Origin: the human T2T-CHM13v2.0 reference genome, Homo sapiens
DNA length: 64,000 nucleotides
Assembly: GCF_009914755.1 (NCBI RefSeq)
Contig: NC_060925.1
Reading direction: 5' to 3' (one strand)
A program made the translations under genes and the position numbers. Positions 1 to 15,952 of this stretch are shown one piece after another; position 1 is the first letter of the stretch; the number at the start of each line of letters is the position of its first letter. The notes beneath the pieces are model-generated. The model had not been told where the DNA came from. It saw only the letters and a program-made list of their open reading frames with translations, and did not search any database.

Positions 1-719
1 TTTTTGGTCTTGTTCTTGTGAATTTCTAGAAGCTCTTCATATATTAGGAAAATGAATCCTTTGTCTGTAATATGAGTTTCAAATGTATTTTCCCAGGTTG
101 TTATTTGCGTTTAGACTTTATTTATGGATTTTATAAAATGTGATTGAATTTATCAATCTTTTCTTTTATGGTTTTGGGAATTTGACTCAATTAGGTCTTT
201 GCCACCTCAGGGTTATAAAGAAATTGCCCATTTTTTCCTGGTACTTTAATGTCTACAATTTTTTAGCTTTAAGTCTTTGATCTTTTTATGGTTTATCCTA
301 GCATAAGATGTGAGGTATAGATAAAACTTCTTTTTCAAATTATTACCCAGTTATCCCCAACTTTTAATTATAAAGTTTATCTTTACTTCACATCTTTAGC
401 ATAAACTAAATTTCTGTATGTATCTTGGTGTATTTCTGGACTTTCTTTTTGTTCTATTGGTTTGTCTGTTGATGTGCTAATTATTCACTATTTTAACTGT
501 TGAAGCTTTAAAATATAGTTTAATATCTGGCAGGGCTGGCTCTCCACATTCTTTGTTGCTTGTTTTTCCATTTGAACTTGATAGTCAGCTTCTCCAGTTT
601 CAGAAAAAAACGTGTTGGTATGTTTGCTGGGAGTTAACATTTTTACGTTGTTTACCTTTCTTGGTCAAGAAATGGTATGTGTTTCCGTTTGCTCGAGTTT
701 TTCGTTTTATCCTTCATTA

Positions 720-1012
<293 letters not shown>

Positions 1013-1172
1013 TAATATTTTGAAGCATATACATTGGTATTTTATCTTGCCTTGCTATTGTAAATGCAGTCTTTTATTCCATTTTTCTCTTCTAACTGGT
1101 TTCTGTATATTTGTTTAATATTCCATCTCCACCTTATCTTAGCACATTTTACTCCTTTTTCCTTCCCCCACA

Positions 1173-1191
1173 TCTCTCTCTCTCTCTCTCT
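1173..1191. repeat. (CT)n microsatellite
   Basis: Direct reading: tctctctctctctctctc. Confidence 0.8.
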
Positions 1192-1546
1192 TAATATATT
1201 TGATTCTTTAGGGCTTTCTAGTTATATAATCCTGTTATCTCTCATTTTTCTTGGATTGTACAGAATAATACCTTCAATTTAATGTTAAAGAACAGTGGTG
1301 AGAGTGGGCATCCATGTATTGCTCCTAATTTTAGGAGAAATGCACCAGGGTTTCCCAATGAAGCAGATATACTGTGACAATAATTTTCTTCCTAAAAGAA
1401 AAAAAGTGATAAATTAGATTTCATCACAGTTAAAAACTTCTGCTTTTGAATGATACCTTATGAAGATGAAAATATTCATAATACAGACTGAAATATTCAT
1501 AATACATACATATGACAAAGGACTTGAATCCAAAATATATTTTGGA

Positions 1547-1693
1547 TATCACCTGAGGTCAGGAGTTAGAGACCACCCTGGCCAACATAGTGAAACCCCA
1601 TCTTTACTAAAAAAAAAAAAATACAAAATTAGCCGGGCATGGTGGTGGGTGCCTGTAATCCCAGCTACTTGGGAGGCTGAGGCAGGAGAATCA
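1547..1693 (+). mobile_element. Alu central fragment (AluS-like)
   Basis: Runs from 'atcacctgaggtcaggag' to 'ggcaggagaatca'; both ends are missing. Confidence 0.85.
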
Positions 1694-1931
1694 TAACTGA
1701 CAACACCAACTGTTGATGAGGATGTAGAGTAACTAGAACTCTTGCATATTGATGATGGAAGTATAAATGATACAACCACTTTGGAAAACTGTTTGGTAAT
1801 TTCTTATAAAGGTGCATAAACACCTCTGCCTCCCAGGTTCATATGACCTAGTCTTCACATTCCTAAGTGTTTAAACAAGAGAAATGAAAACATATGTTCA
1901 CACAAAGACTTGCACATAAATAAATACTCAT

Positions 1932-2261
<330 letters not shown>

Positions 2262-3023
2262 TCATAATACCTGAAGCTGGAAACACACAAATTCATACAT
2301 TCACACAGGTGAATGAATACACAAATTGTGGTATATCCATATCAGTGGGCCCAGTAATTAAAAGAAACAAAACTGATAAATGTAACAATATGAATACACC
2401 TCAACTACGTTATGCTGAGTGAGAGAAGCCAGGCACAAAACACTACATATTATATAATTTCGCTGATATGAAATTCTAGGATATGTTAGAATTCCATATA
2501 TATTACATATATAATATGTAGTGTTGTATAACATGTAACATGTTAACATATTCTAAAATTTCATATCTAGAAATTCTGAATATGAAATTCTAGCAAGTCA
2601 TCTATAGGGACAGAAAACAAATCAGTGGTTGTTGGGAGATGAGGATTGGAGAGATGGGAAGATGGGCAAGTCTAGAGGGGGAGGGAGAGTGTTGAACTGG
2701 GAAAGAGTACAAGGGAACTTTTGCACGTGATGAAAATGTTCTAGGATGTCTAGTTTCCAAGCTGGCATGTAAGAAACTTGGAAGTTGCCACTCCATCCTA
2801 ACAATAAGTAAAAGCCAAACAAACTAAACATCAACAACCCTTAGATTTGTAGAGAAGTGACGTCATAGGGCAAATTACTGCCCCAGAATTGGAGAAACAG
2901 ACAGGTGGATACAGAAATCATAATTTACCAGAGCATAATAAACCTCCATGGAAACTAGTGCTGGGTAAGGAAACCTGAATTGTGATTGATGAATTGCTAG
3001 AGGCTCATTGTGGACAAGTTTGA

Positions 3024-3420
<397 letters not shown>

Positions 3421-3477
3421 AAAATTTACCATCTTAACTACTTTTAAGTGTACAGTTAGTGTTACGAAATACAATCA

Positions 3478-3962
<485 letters not shown>

Positions 3963-4423
3963 TTAGTAGGATCATATTTGTTTCTTTGTGATTGGCTTAT
4001 TTCACTTAACATAATGTCTTCAAGTTTCATCCCCATTGTAGCATATTGCAGAATTTATTTCCTTTTTAATATTGAATACAGTCCATTGTGTCTATATATG
4101 ACATTTTGCTATCTATTCATCAGTCAATGGACACTTAGAGTTGCTTTGATGCTTTATGTATTGTGAATAATGCTGTTATGAACATGGGTGTACAAATATC
4201 TCTTTGAGACCCTGCTTTCAATTTTGGAGTATACACCCAGAAGTGGAATTGCTGGATCATATGGTAATCCTATTTTTAACTTTTTGAGGACCCACCATCC
4301 TGTTTTCCACAGCAAGTGTACTGTTTTACACTACCAACAGTGCACAAGGATTCCCGTTTTTCCACAACCTTGCCAACACTTACTAGTTTCTGGTTTTTTG
4401 TTTTATAGCAGCTGTCCTAATGA

Positions 4424-4963
<540 letters not shown>

Positions 4964-6059
4964 TGATTTATAAATGTTTTCTTTCATTCCATGGGTTTCC
5001 CTATTACTATGTTTATTTTTTTCATGCACAAAATTTTTAATATTTTGTGAAGTCCAATTTGTCCATTTTTTCTTTTATTGTCTGTGCCTTTGCCATCATA
5101 TTCAAGAAACCATTACCAAATCAATGTTGCAAAGCTTTTGCTTCATGTTTTCTTCTAAGAGTTTTATAGTTTAGGTCTTACATTTATGTCTTCAATTCAT
5201 TTTGAATTAATTTTTGTATACGGTGTTAAATAAGGGTCCAACTTTATTCTTTCATATGTAGTTTTCCCAGCACCATTTGCTGAAAAGAAACTATTCTTTC
5301 CTCATTGAATGGCCTTGGTGTCTTTGTCAAAAATTATTTGACCATATATGGGGAACATTTATTTCTAAGCTCTTTATTCTACTCCATTAGTGTTTGTGTC
5401 TTTCTTTATGCCAGTACCACACTGTTTTGATTACTGTAGCTCTGTAGTAAGTTTTGAAATGAGGAAGCATGAGTCCTCCAGCATTGTTCTTTTTTAAGAT
5501 TGTTTTGGCTATTTGGAGACCATTAATATTCCATATAAATGTTAGAATGTGTTCTTTTTCTATTCTTGCAAAAAATGTCATTGGTGTTTTGTATTGAATC
5601 CATAGATAGCTTTTGGTAATATTAACATCTTAGCAATACTAAGCCTTCCAATCCATTAACATGGGATGTGTTTCCATTTATTTATGTCTTCTTTAATTTC
5701 TTTCAGTAATGTTTTATAGTATCCATTGTAAAGTCTTTCACCTCCTTGGTTAATTCCAAATTATTTTATTCTCTTTGACACTATTGTAAATGGAACTGTT
5801 TTTGTAATTTCCTTTTCAGATGTTCATTGTTAATATATAGAAATACAACTGATTTTTGTGTGTTGACTTTGTATCCTGCCACTTTGTTAAATTCATTTAT
5901 TAGCTCTAACAGGTTTTTTTGGTGGAATCTTTACAGTTTTCTATATGTAAGATTATATCATCTGCAAATAGAGGTAATTTTACTTCTTCCTTTCCAATTT
6001 GAATGCCTTTTATTTTTTTCTTCTTGCCTAATTGCTCTGACTAAAACTTCTAATACTAA

Positions 6060-6193
6060 GCTGGATGAGGTGGCATGCCTGTAGTCCCAGCTATGTGGGA
6101 GGCTGAGGCAAGTGAATTGCTTGAGCCCAGAAGTTTGAGTCCAGCCTGGGAAAAATAGCAAGAGCCCGGTCTCCAAAACACAAACAAAACAAG
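6060..6193 (+). mobile_element. Alu monomer (FLAM-like)
   Basis: Single arm; 17-bp TSD taaaacttctaatacta at 6042-6058 and 6194-6210. Confidence 0.85.
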
Positions 6194-7061
6194 TAAAACT
6201 TCTAATACTATTTTGAACAAAAGTGGTAAAAGTGGAGATCCTTGTCTTGTTCCTGATCCTAAGGAAGAGCTTTCAGTCTTTCACCACTGAGTATGAGGTT
6301 TGCTGTGCATTTTTTATATATGGCTTTTATTGTGTTGAGGTAGTTCCTTTCATTCCTAGCTTGTTGAGTGTTTTTTTTTTAATCATGAAAGGGTGTTATG
6401 TTTTGTCAAATGCTTTTTTAGATGATCAACTGAGATAATCATGTGGTTTTCTTTCCTTCATTCTGTTAATGTGGTATATTACATTGAGCTTTGTATGTTG
6501 AACCATCCTTGCATTCCAGGAGTAAATCTCACTTGGTCATTGTGTATAATCCTTTTACTATGCTGCTGAATTTGGTTTGCTAGTATTTTGAGAAATATTT
6601 TTATATTAATGTTCATAATGGATATTAGTCTATAGTTTTCTTTTTCTTGTAGTGCCCTTGTCTGGCTTTGGTATCAGGGTAATGCTGGCTTCATAGAATG
6701 AGTTGGGAAGTGTTTCCTCCTCCTCAATTTTTTGGAAAATTCTGAAAATAATTGGTATTAGTTGTTCTTTTCATGTTTGGTAAATTCACCTGTAAAGCCA
6801 TTTGGTCCAGGGCTTTTCTTTGTCAGGATATTTTTGATTACTGATTCAATCGCCTTACTGATTATAGGTGTGTTCAGATTTTCTATTTCTTTGTGATTTC
6901 ATCTTGGTAGGTTTTGTGTTTCTGGGAATTTATACATTTCATCTAGGTTATCCAATTTGTTGGTATACAATTGTTTGTAGTACTCTCTTATACTCCATTT
7001 TATTTCTCTAGAATTAGTAGTAATGTCCTTGAGTCTCCTCTTTTATTCTTAGTCTGTCTAG

Positions 7062-7538
<477 letters not shown>

Positions 7539-7982
7539 TAGTTCCTAAAGTTGTGAAGGTAAGTTGTTGATTTTAGATCTTTCTTGTTTTTTAATGTAAG
7601 CATTTATACACATAAATTTACCTCTTAACAACTGCTTTTTCTACATTACACAAGTTTGGGTATATTGTGTTTTCATTTTCATTCTTCTCTAAGTATTTTT
7701 TAATTTCTCTTCTAATGTTTTCTTTGATTCATTGGTTGTTTAAGAATGCGTTGTTTAATCTCCACAAATTTGTGCATTTTCCACTTTTACTTCTATTAGT
7801 GACTTCTAACTTCATTCCATTATGGTAGGAGAAGATACTTTATATGATCTTTATCTTTTTAAGTCTATTGAGACTTACTTTTTGGCCTAACATATAATCT
7901 ATCCTGGAAAATGTCTCATGTGCACATGAGAAGAATGTGTGTGCAGTGGTGTGTAGACTGTTCTGTATATTTCTGTTAGATC

Positions 7983-8468
7983 TGTAAGGTTAGCCGAGAG
8001 AAAGGACAAGAGAGAGAGAGACCCAAGGTCAGGCAAGAAAGTTTATTAACCTGCTGGGCTGCTCTGCCACAGTCAGAGGAGGCAGCCCTGAGCTTACAAA
8101 ATGATGGGTTTATATGGGGGAGAGAGACCCTGGGGTTGTTTGTCGCCACAGTCAGAGGAGGCAGCCCTGAGCTTACAAAATGATGGGTTTATATGGGGGA
8201 GAGAGACCCTGGGGTTGTTTGTCGGTTAACTTTACCACATATCATCTTGAGAACTGCTTACAATATAGGAATTTATAAGAGGGTGTAACTTAGGTTTATC
8301 CATGTTTCTTGTGACCTCCCCCATGCCACCCGGAGGGCTGTAAGCAAGTCTGGTGACCTTGCTGTAGCACCTAGATAAAGGTCCAGGAATGCAGCTGCAG
8401 AGTATTCAGGGTAAGGGTCAGCTGCATTGGGTGGAGGTGGGGAGTCCTGGGGCAGCTTGTCCCTAACA
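7983..8468 (-). mobile_element. Solo ERV LTR (LTR18-like, class III)
   Basis: TG...CA termini; perfect 5-bp TSD AGATC at 7978-7982 and 8469-8473; minus-strand TATA boxes and AATAAA (tttatt at 8042-8047). Family name from recall. Confidence 0.8.
8066..8223. repeat. Perfect 79-bp tandem duplication inside the LTR
   Basis: 8066-8144 is identical to 8145-8223. Confidence 0.97.
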
Positions 8469-9712
8469 AGATCTAGTTGGTTTATTGTGTTCTTATCTCC
8501 TATATGGTTGTTCTATCCATTGTTGAGAGTGGGGTAGCAAAGTCTCCAACTGTATTGAAGAACTATATCATTCTCCCTTCAATTCCGTCCATTTTTGCTT
8601 TACATATTTTGATGGTGTGTAAGTGGGTGCATAAATATTTATAATTACTACATCTTCCAGTTGTATTTAATCTGAAGGCTCCCACACTTTTGTGAGTTTT
8701 ACCTCCTGGAGCTCTGGCCAGGTTCTCAGAGTGAATATCTGAGAAAAATCTCCTGATGCTTCCAACAGGGGAAGAAGAAAAAATAATCATTTCAAAATAC
8801 TCCAGAACGTTACGTTCTCTCTCGAACAAAGTCTCAACGAAAATTATTTAAACAGAATCTAACCTGCTGGGGTTTTTTGATTAAAAAAGCCAAATACTAT
8901 AAAATATATAAAGAGGTTTTTCTGAGCCAAATATGAGTGACCATGGCCCAGGGTAGTCTCAAAAGGTCCTCAGAACATGTGCCCAAGGTGATCAGATTAC
9001 AGTTTGGTTTATTCATTTTAGGGAGACAGAAGCCACAGGCAAAGACATAAATCAATATATGTAAGATATACATTATTTCAGCCCAGAAAGGCAGAACATC
9101 TCAAAGCAGGGGCAAGGGCCTTACAGGTGATAGGTGGATTCAAAGAGTTTCTGGTTAGCAATTGGTTGAAAGAGTTAAGCTTTATCTAAAGAGTTGAAGT
9201 CAGCAGAAAGAAATGCTTGAGTTAAGATAAGAGTAGTTGTTCTTGTTATGCACATGAACCCCCTAAGTAGCAGGCTTCAGAGAGAATAGATGGTAAATGT
9301 CTCTTTTCGGATCTTAAAAGGTGTCAGACTCTTACTTAAATCTCTCCTGGATCCGGAAAAGACCTAGAAAGGGAAGGAGATTCTCTATAGAATGCAAATT
9401 TCCCCCGCAAGAGACGGCTTTGCAAGGCCATTTCAAAATATGTCAAAGAAATATATTTTGGGGTAAAATACTTTGATTTCCTTCAGGGCCTGCTATCTGT
9501 CAGGTGATGTCAGGTTGGAATTTGGTATCTTATTGCTACAGTCTGTTTTGTCAGTCTTATGATCTCTATTTTAATGTTAATGCTGATCAGTAGTGTATAA
9601 ACTCCAAAGGTAGGGTGTATAACTAGGCATGTCCAACCTCCCTTCCCATCATGGCTTGAACTAGTTTTTCAGGTTTCTTTGGGATTCCCTTGGTGAAGAA
9701 TGGGGGTCCCTT

Positions 9713-10887
9713 TGTTCCAGTAGGTAGTCAGACATAAGCGGGGCAGGAGAGGGACTCCTCCGCCAGGAATGTTAGGTGACCATCAGGTAATGGTCAGGTG
9801 GTTGTTACACTGTCTCTCTAAAATAACAATTGGTCGCTGGGTGCGGTGGCTCATGCCTGTAATCCCAGCACTTTGGGAGGCCACGGCAAGTGGATCACTT
9901 GAGGTCAGGAGTTCGAGACCAGCCTGGCAAACATGCGAAAACTCATCTCTACTAAAAATATATATATATAAAAATTAGCTGGGCGTGGTGGTGGGCACCT
10001 GTAGTCCTAGCTACTTGGGAGGCTGAGTCAGGAGAATCACTTGATCCCAGGAGTCAGAGGTTGCAGTGAACTGAGATCATGCCACTCCAGCCTGGGCGAC
10101 AGAGAGAGACTCCGTCTCAAAATAAAATAAAATAATAATTGGTCAGTGTTACCAAGGAAAGGCAGTCTCCCAATAGATAGAAAAAGCCTGAAACTGGTGA
10201 TCAGCAGCTTCCCAATAAGATCTCAGGAGTTGGGCGAGTGGGTTCAAGCATGTGCACTAAGAGGCAAAATGGTGGAGTTTAACTGGTGTTAATAGATGAC
10301 CTTCTAGGAACACTTGACTGGTAAGGGAAGAATGCCTCAAGTGAGCATGCGTACGACTTCAGTAAACTCACTGTGCATGCTCCCCTCCCAAGTGCTGGCA
10401 GGCCACTGCTCATGCAGACAGCCCACCCCAATGGAAGAATGAAAGGAGAAGAAACACAACTCCCCAGGAGCATGCTGGTCTATAAAATCCCAAGTCAAAG
10501 GTCAAACCACGTATTTGAATCTCTCAAGTCACCCGCTTGGTCCTCTTCCAAGTATACTTTACTTCCTTTCCTTCCTGCTCTAAAACTTTTTAGTAAACTT
10601 CCACTCCAGCTCTAAAACTTGCCTTGGTCTCTCACTCTGCCTTATGCCCTTTGGTCAAATTCTTTCTTCTGAGGAGGCAAGAACTGAGGTTGCTGCAGAC
10701 CCATACAGATTCACAGCTGCTAACATACTTTGGTGCCATGTGATTTAGGTACGTTCCTTAGTGCTAACATACTTTGGTGCTGTGTGACTTGAATACATTT
10801 CCTATGGCTAAAATACTTGCCCAACATTCCTGGTTGGGGAGATCATCTCCTGCCCTGCTCATGTCTGACAAACTACCTACTGTAACA
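9713..10887 (+). mobile_element. MER50-like LTR with an internal Alu, PBS-like tandem units and an inverted copy of its own 5' end
   Basis: 'tgttccagtaggtagtcagacataagcggggcaggaga...gatctcaggagttgggcgagtgggttcaagcatg'; flanks are CCTT and CGTT, a 4-bp TSD-like pair. Confidence 0.8.
9836..10128 (+). mobile_element. Alu (AluS-like) nested in the MER50-like LTR
   Basis: Full dimer; TSD aaaataaYaattggtc. Confidence 0.95.
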
Positions 10888-11279
10888 CGTTCAGCCAATT
10901 TTGGGGGGTTAGAATTTTATTTTTGATTTACAGGTTTTACCAAAGACTAGACTATCTGGGAACAGGGACAAACCCAACTCTAACCCCTTCTGGCTTTCCA
11001 TGTGGAAGAGGGGAAATATCCAATTCCAGCCCACTGAGGCCATCCTGCCCCATCTAAATCAGGGGAAAAACTGAGAAGCACTTGTAAAGTTCACAGTCCA
11101 GGTGCAGAGGCTCACCAAAAGGCTGAGCCCTAATCAGGACTGGAGAACACTTCCCATATCCTCCCACCTTACCACCACATCACTAAAGGCCTATTTACAG
11201 ATCTTATTTACCCAGTACATTATGTTTGGCTGTCAAGAAAAAAATACAAGGCATACCAAAAGGCAATAAACAAAAAACC

Positions 11280-11611
<332 letters not shown>

Positions 11612-12526
11612 TTAAAGAGACAAAGCAAGCATCAGAACCAGCCCCACTGGGTAGGGATGTTGGAATTATCAGACCAGGGATTTTAAGCAACTGTGAATTA
11701 ACATGCTAAGAACTCTAATAGATAAAGGAGACAGCGTGCAAGAACAGATGAACAATGTAAATAAAGAGATGGAAATTCTAAGAAAGAACCAACAAGAAAT
11801 GCTAGAGATAAAAACACTGTGACAGAAATGGAGAATGCCTTTGATACGCTTATTATAATGCACTGAACATGGCTGAGGAAAGAATCTCTGAGCTTAAGGA
11901 TATGTCAGTAGAAGCCTCCAAAACTGAAAAAAAAAAAAATGAGAAAAAAAGACTGAGAAAAACAAAACAGAATGTCCTAGAACTGTGAGACAACTGCAAA
12001 AGGTGCAACATATGTAATGGGAATGTCAGAAGAAGAAAGAAAGAGAATACATATTTGAAACAAGAATAACGGATAATTTCCCAAATTAATGTCAGACATC
12101 GAACCACAGATCACAGAAGCTCAGAGAATACCAAGTATGATAAATGCAAAAGAACAAAAACTCTACCTAACCATATCATTTTCAAAGTTTAGAAAAACCA
12201 AAGATGAAGAAATCTTGTAAGAAGCCACAGAAAAATAAAACCTTACCTACAGAGGAGCAAAGACAAGAATTACATCTAACTTCTCCATGAAAGTTCTCCA
12301 GAAACCTTGCAAGCAGAAGAAAATGAAGAGAAACATTGAAAGTGTTGAGGGAAAACTCCACCGAACTAGAATTCTGTACGCTGTGGAATTAAACTTCAAA
12401 AGTAAAAGAAAAATAAAGACTTTCTCAGACGAACAAAAATTGAGGGAATTTGTTGCCAGGAGACCTAACTTGCAAGAAAGGTGAAAAGAAGTTCTTTAGA
12501 GAGGAGGAAAATTATATAGGTTAGAG

Positions 12527-12823
12527 GCTGGTCGCGGTGGCTCACGCCTGTAACCCCAGTACGTTGGGAGGCTGAGGCAAGCAGACCCCTTGAGTTCAGG
12601 AGTTTGAGACCAGCCTGGGCAACATGGCAAAATCCCATCTCTACAAAAAATACAAAAATTAGCTGGGTATGGTGGCATGCACCTGTAGTCCCAGCTACTC
12701 AGGGAGATGAGGCAGCAGGATGACTTGTGCCCAGGAGGTCGAGGCTGCAGTGAGCCATGATAGTGTCACTGCACTCCAGTCTGGGCGACAGAGCAAGACC
12801 TTATCTCAAAAAAAAAAAAAAAA
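12527..12823 (+). mobile_element. Alu (AluJ-like), no evident TSD
   Basis: J-type diagnostics 'cccaggaggtcgaggctgcagtgagccatgat'; the two flanks belong to different L1s. Confidence 0.9.
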
Positions 12824-12939
12824 GTTCTAAATCTTGATATGGTTGGTAATGGTTACACAGGTGCATATATTTGCCAAAATTCCATTTTTAATGAGTACAT
12901 TTTTATATGTAAATTATACCTTGGTAAAGTTGATTCTAA

Positions 12940-13300
12940 AGGAAATGAAAGATCATGCTGGCTTGCTGTCTGCAGAACATTGTAAAGGATATGAAAAGTG
13001 GTTGCAGGGGGAGGGTAGTAGAGTAGTTAAGAGGTAAAGGTGATTTGGACTTTGGCTGTGGACCTGGACAGAGTGTATCAGAGGTGAAATCAAGACTTGG
13101 TGAGTGGTTGACGGTTAGAGAGAGAGATGTCTGTGACAATTCCCAGGTGTCTGACCTGAGCAAGTGGGCAGAGAATGGCAGGTGGGCTATCATCTTGGAG
13201 CTAGAAACCCTAAGGGGAGAAACAGGCTTGGCTGGGAAATCATCACTCCAGTTTTGGATCAGGTAAATATGACGGGCCTGTGAGCCATCTCAGTGGAAAC
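12940..13300 (-). mobile_element. L2 fragment
   Basis: Purine-rich L2-like motifs ('aattcccaggtgtctgacctgagcaagtggg', 'cagttttggatcaggt'). Confidence 0.55.
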
Positions 13301-14244
13301 TATTCCATCCTTCTAAATGTGAGTGCCTTTTGCCTTAGGGGCAACCAAGGCGAGGGATTCATAGGGTCAGGCCCGCAGAAGTGCTACTGTTGTCTGGGCA
13401 GCCCTGCTGGAGCAAGGCAGTCTCCCTCCTCCTCGGCATTTGTCATCTGGGATGGATAAGCAGGCAGGCAGTTGACCCTTCTGAGTCATTTGGCAAATTC
13501 CAACAGCAGCCTCATCTGAGACTGTCTGGTATCCACTGGGCAAGAGCTGAAGACTGAGCTTCATTTGGACTGGAAAAAAGGTAGTGAAATTCTAACACTT
13601 AGAAAGCCAGGAAAGTGAATGCCAAGGCCCAGACACCTACTCGAACAAATAAAAAGCATATGTCGAGCCTCCAGCAAACTTCACTTCCACAAATAACACC
13701 ACTGCCTTGGGGAACAGCAGAGACATTTGACCGGACAGCAGCTGTGCAGAGGGTGCTATTTAAAGACTCAGCTTTTGCAGCCCAAGGACTCTGGGCATAG
13801 AATTTGATTGGAATGTGGAGAGAAGACAGCAAAACTGAGGAAAGAACCAGCTTTGGGGAAAAACATCACCAGGTGGTTGGCTGTTGATGTGAACCCTGAA
13901 TATGTCAAATGAGTTCATTTTAATAAAATTATGTCAATCGATCTATCTCTCTTGGAATAAATTAAATGTGTTAATTCATGGAAAGTGCTTAAAACAATGT
14001 CCAGCACATAGTGCTTATTGCATGGAAGCTGTCATTATTATCATTATTATCTCCCCATCAACCCATGTAAATATGCCCAGAGTTGGGAGAAATTCTCATC
14101 TATAATGATACGTTGCTGCTAAGTGCTAGGATTTACAGCGATTCTGTTTTACTCTTTCTTTTGTGTTTTTCTGTAATCCTTGAATTCTTTATAATAAACA
14201 CATTTATTTTGTAAAACCCAAAAGTTATTACTACAGGTTGAAAA

Positions 14245-14480
14245 AAAGTGCAGACTGCAGTCAGACCTCCTAGGTTTAAACCCTAACTCTACTATTTAGT
14301 AGCTGTGTTTTTTGAGCAAATTATTTACGCCCTCTAAGTCTGTTTCCTCCTGTATAAAATGGGGGTAAAAATGTTACCTACTTCATTAGGTGGTTACAAG
14401 AATTAAATGAGATAATTTAATTAAAGGGCTTGGCATGGTACCTGGAAGAAAGAGTGAGATAAATGATTGCTATTATTAGC
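14245..14480 (+). mobile_element. MIR
   Basis: MIR core 'tgtttcctcctgtataaaatggggg...acctacttcattagg...aattaaatgaga'. Confidence 0.75.
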
Positions 14481-14526
14481 AGGAGAAGTCGTGGTGGTTG
14501 TGTTATTTCTTTTTTTCTTTTTAAAT

Positions 14527-14818
14527 TTTTTTTTTTTGAGACAGTCTTGCCCCGTCATCCAGACTGCAGTGCAGTGGCGTGATTTCGGCTCACTGCAACC
14601 TCTGCCTCCCAGGTTCAAGCAATTCTCTTGCCTCAGCCTCCTGAGTAGCTGGGATTACAAGCCAGCACCACCATGCCCAACTAATTTTTTTTGTATTTTT
14701 AGTAGAGATGGGGTTTCACCATGTTGGCCAGGCTGGTCTTGAACTCCTGACCTCATGATCCGCCTGCCTCGGCCTCCCAAAGTGCTGGGATTACAGGTGT
14801 GAGCCACCGCAGCCGGCC
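14527..14818 (-). mobile_element. Alu (AluS-like)
   Basis: Full antisense dimer; TSD ggttgt..atttctt. Confidence 0.95.
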
Positions 14819-15642
14819 GGTTGTTATTTCTTACTACGGCCAGGAACATGTTTTGTTGACCTCAGTGTTCTTGGCATATAGTAGTCACTCTGGAAACAGC
14901 TGGCAGTTTAGCAGAGGCACCTCGGGCATCTTACACTGGGTGGTGGCATGGGAACACTCTTTTCTAAAGTAGAAAAAAAGTTGAAAAGTTCTCAACCCTC
15001 CCCCTCAAAGTCAAGGTTTGGGTCCTTCTGGTGATCGGGAAGCACAGGTTATTTCTCCGCAGCTGTCGAAGCTCTGTGGGGAGATGAGGCCCTTACAAGG
15101 TCTAGAAGGTCTAGCCATTGTCTTCTTATTCTTCCATATCATGACCAGCCAGAAGCCAGAGCCATTGCTCTCCATGACAGTATGTCGTTGTTCATGAACT
15201 GTAGGCAAGTCAGCCCCATGAGAACTTCTGTTAATGCAAAACCTTAAGTAAATGGTGATGGGGAAACTGCAGCCACTGATCCACTGACTGTGGATACATG
15301 TGTGGGGTGTGTTGGGAGATGTCTAAAACAATCCCCCCAGGGAAAGATTCCTTTCCATATTTCCTAAATATTTTATAATAAGCATGTATTCATTTAAAAA
15401 AAGTTATAGAAAGCCTCTTCTTTGTCACTGCTGTCCCAATAACTGAGTACACTTGGTGGCCACTTTTCTTTTGCTCTCTTCGTTTAGTCCCTATAGGATT
15501 TGAAGTCTTGTTAAGTGGAACAGGAGGGACAGATGGTGCCTGAAAACTTATTCCTATTGAGACTCCTGAGCTTCAAGCCATCTGCATTCACATACAGCAC
15601 ATTGGCAATGATACTGTTTTTTAAAATCCATTAATTCGATAA

Positions 15643-15952
<310 letters not shown>

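Larger units (their letters stand above)
8876..10932 (-). mobile_element. MER4-family solo LTR, interrupted by a MER50-like LTR
   Basis: 'ctgagccaaatatgagtgacc...aacatgtgcccaaggtg'; ends 'agaattttatttttgatttaca', the reverse complement of the MER4-type start. Confidence 0.8.
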
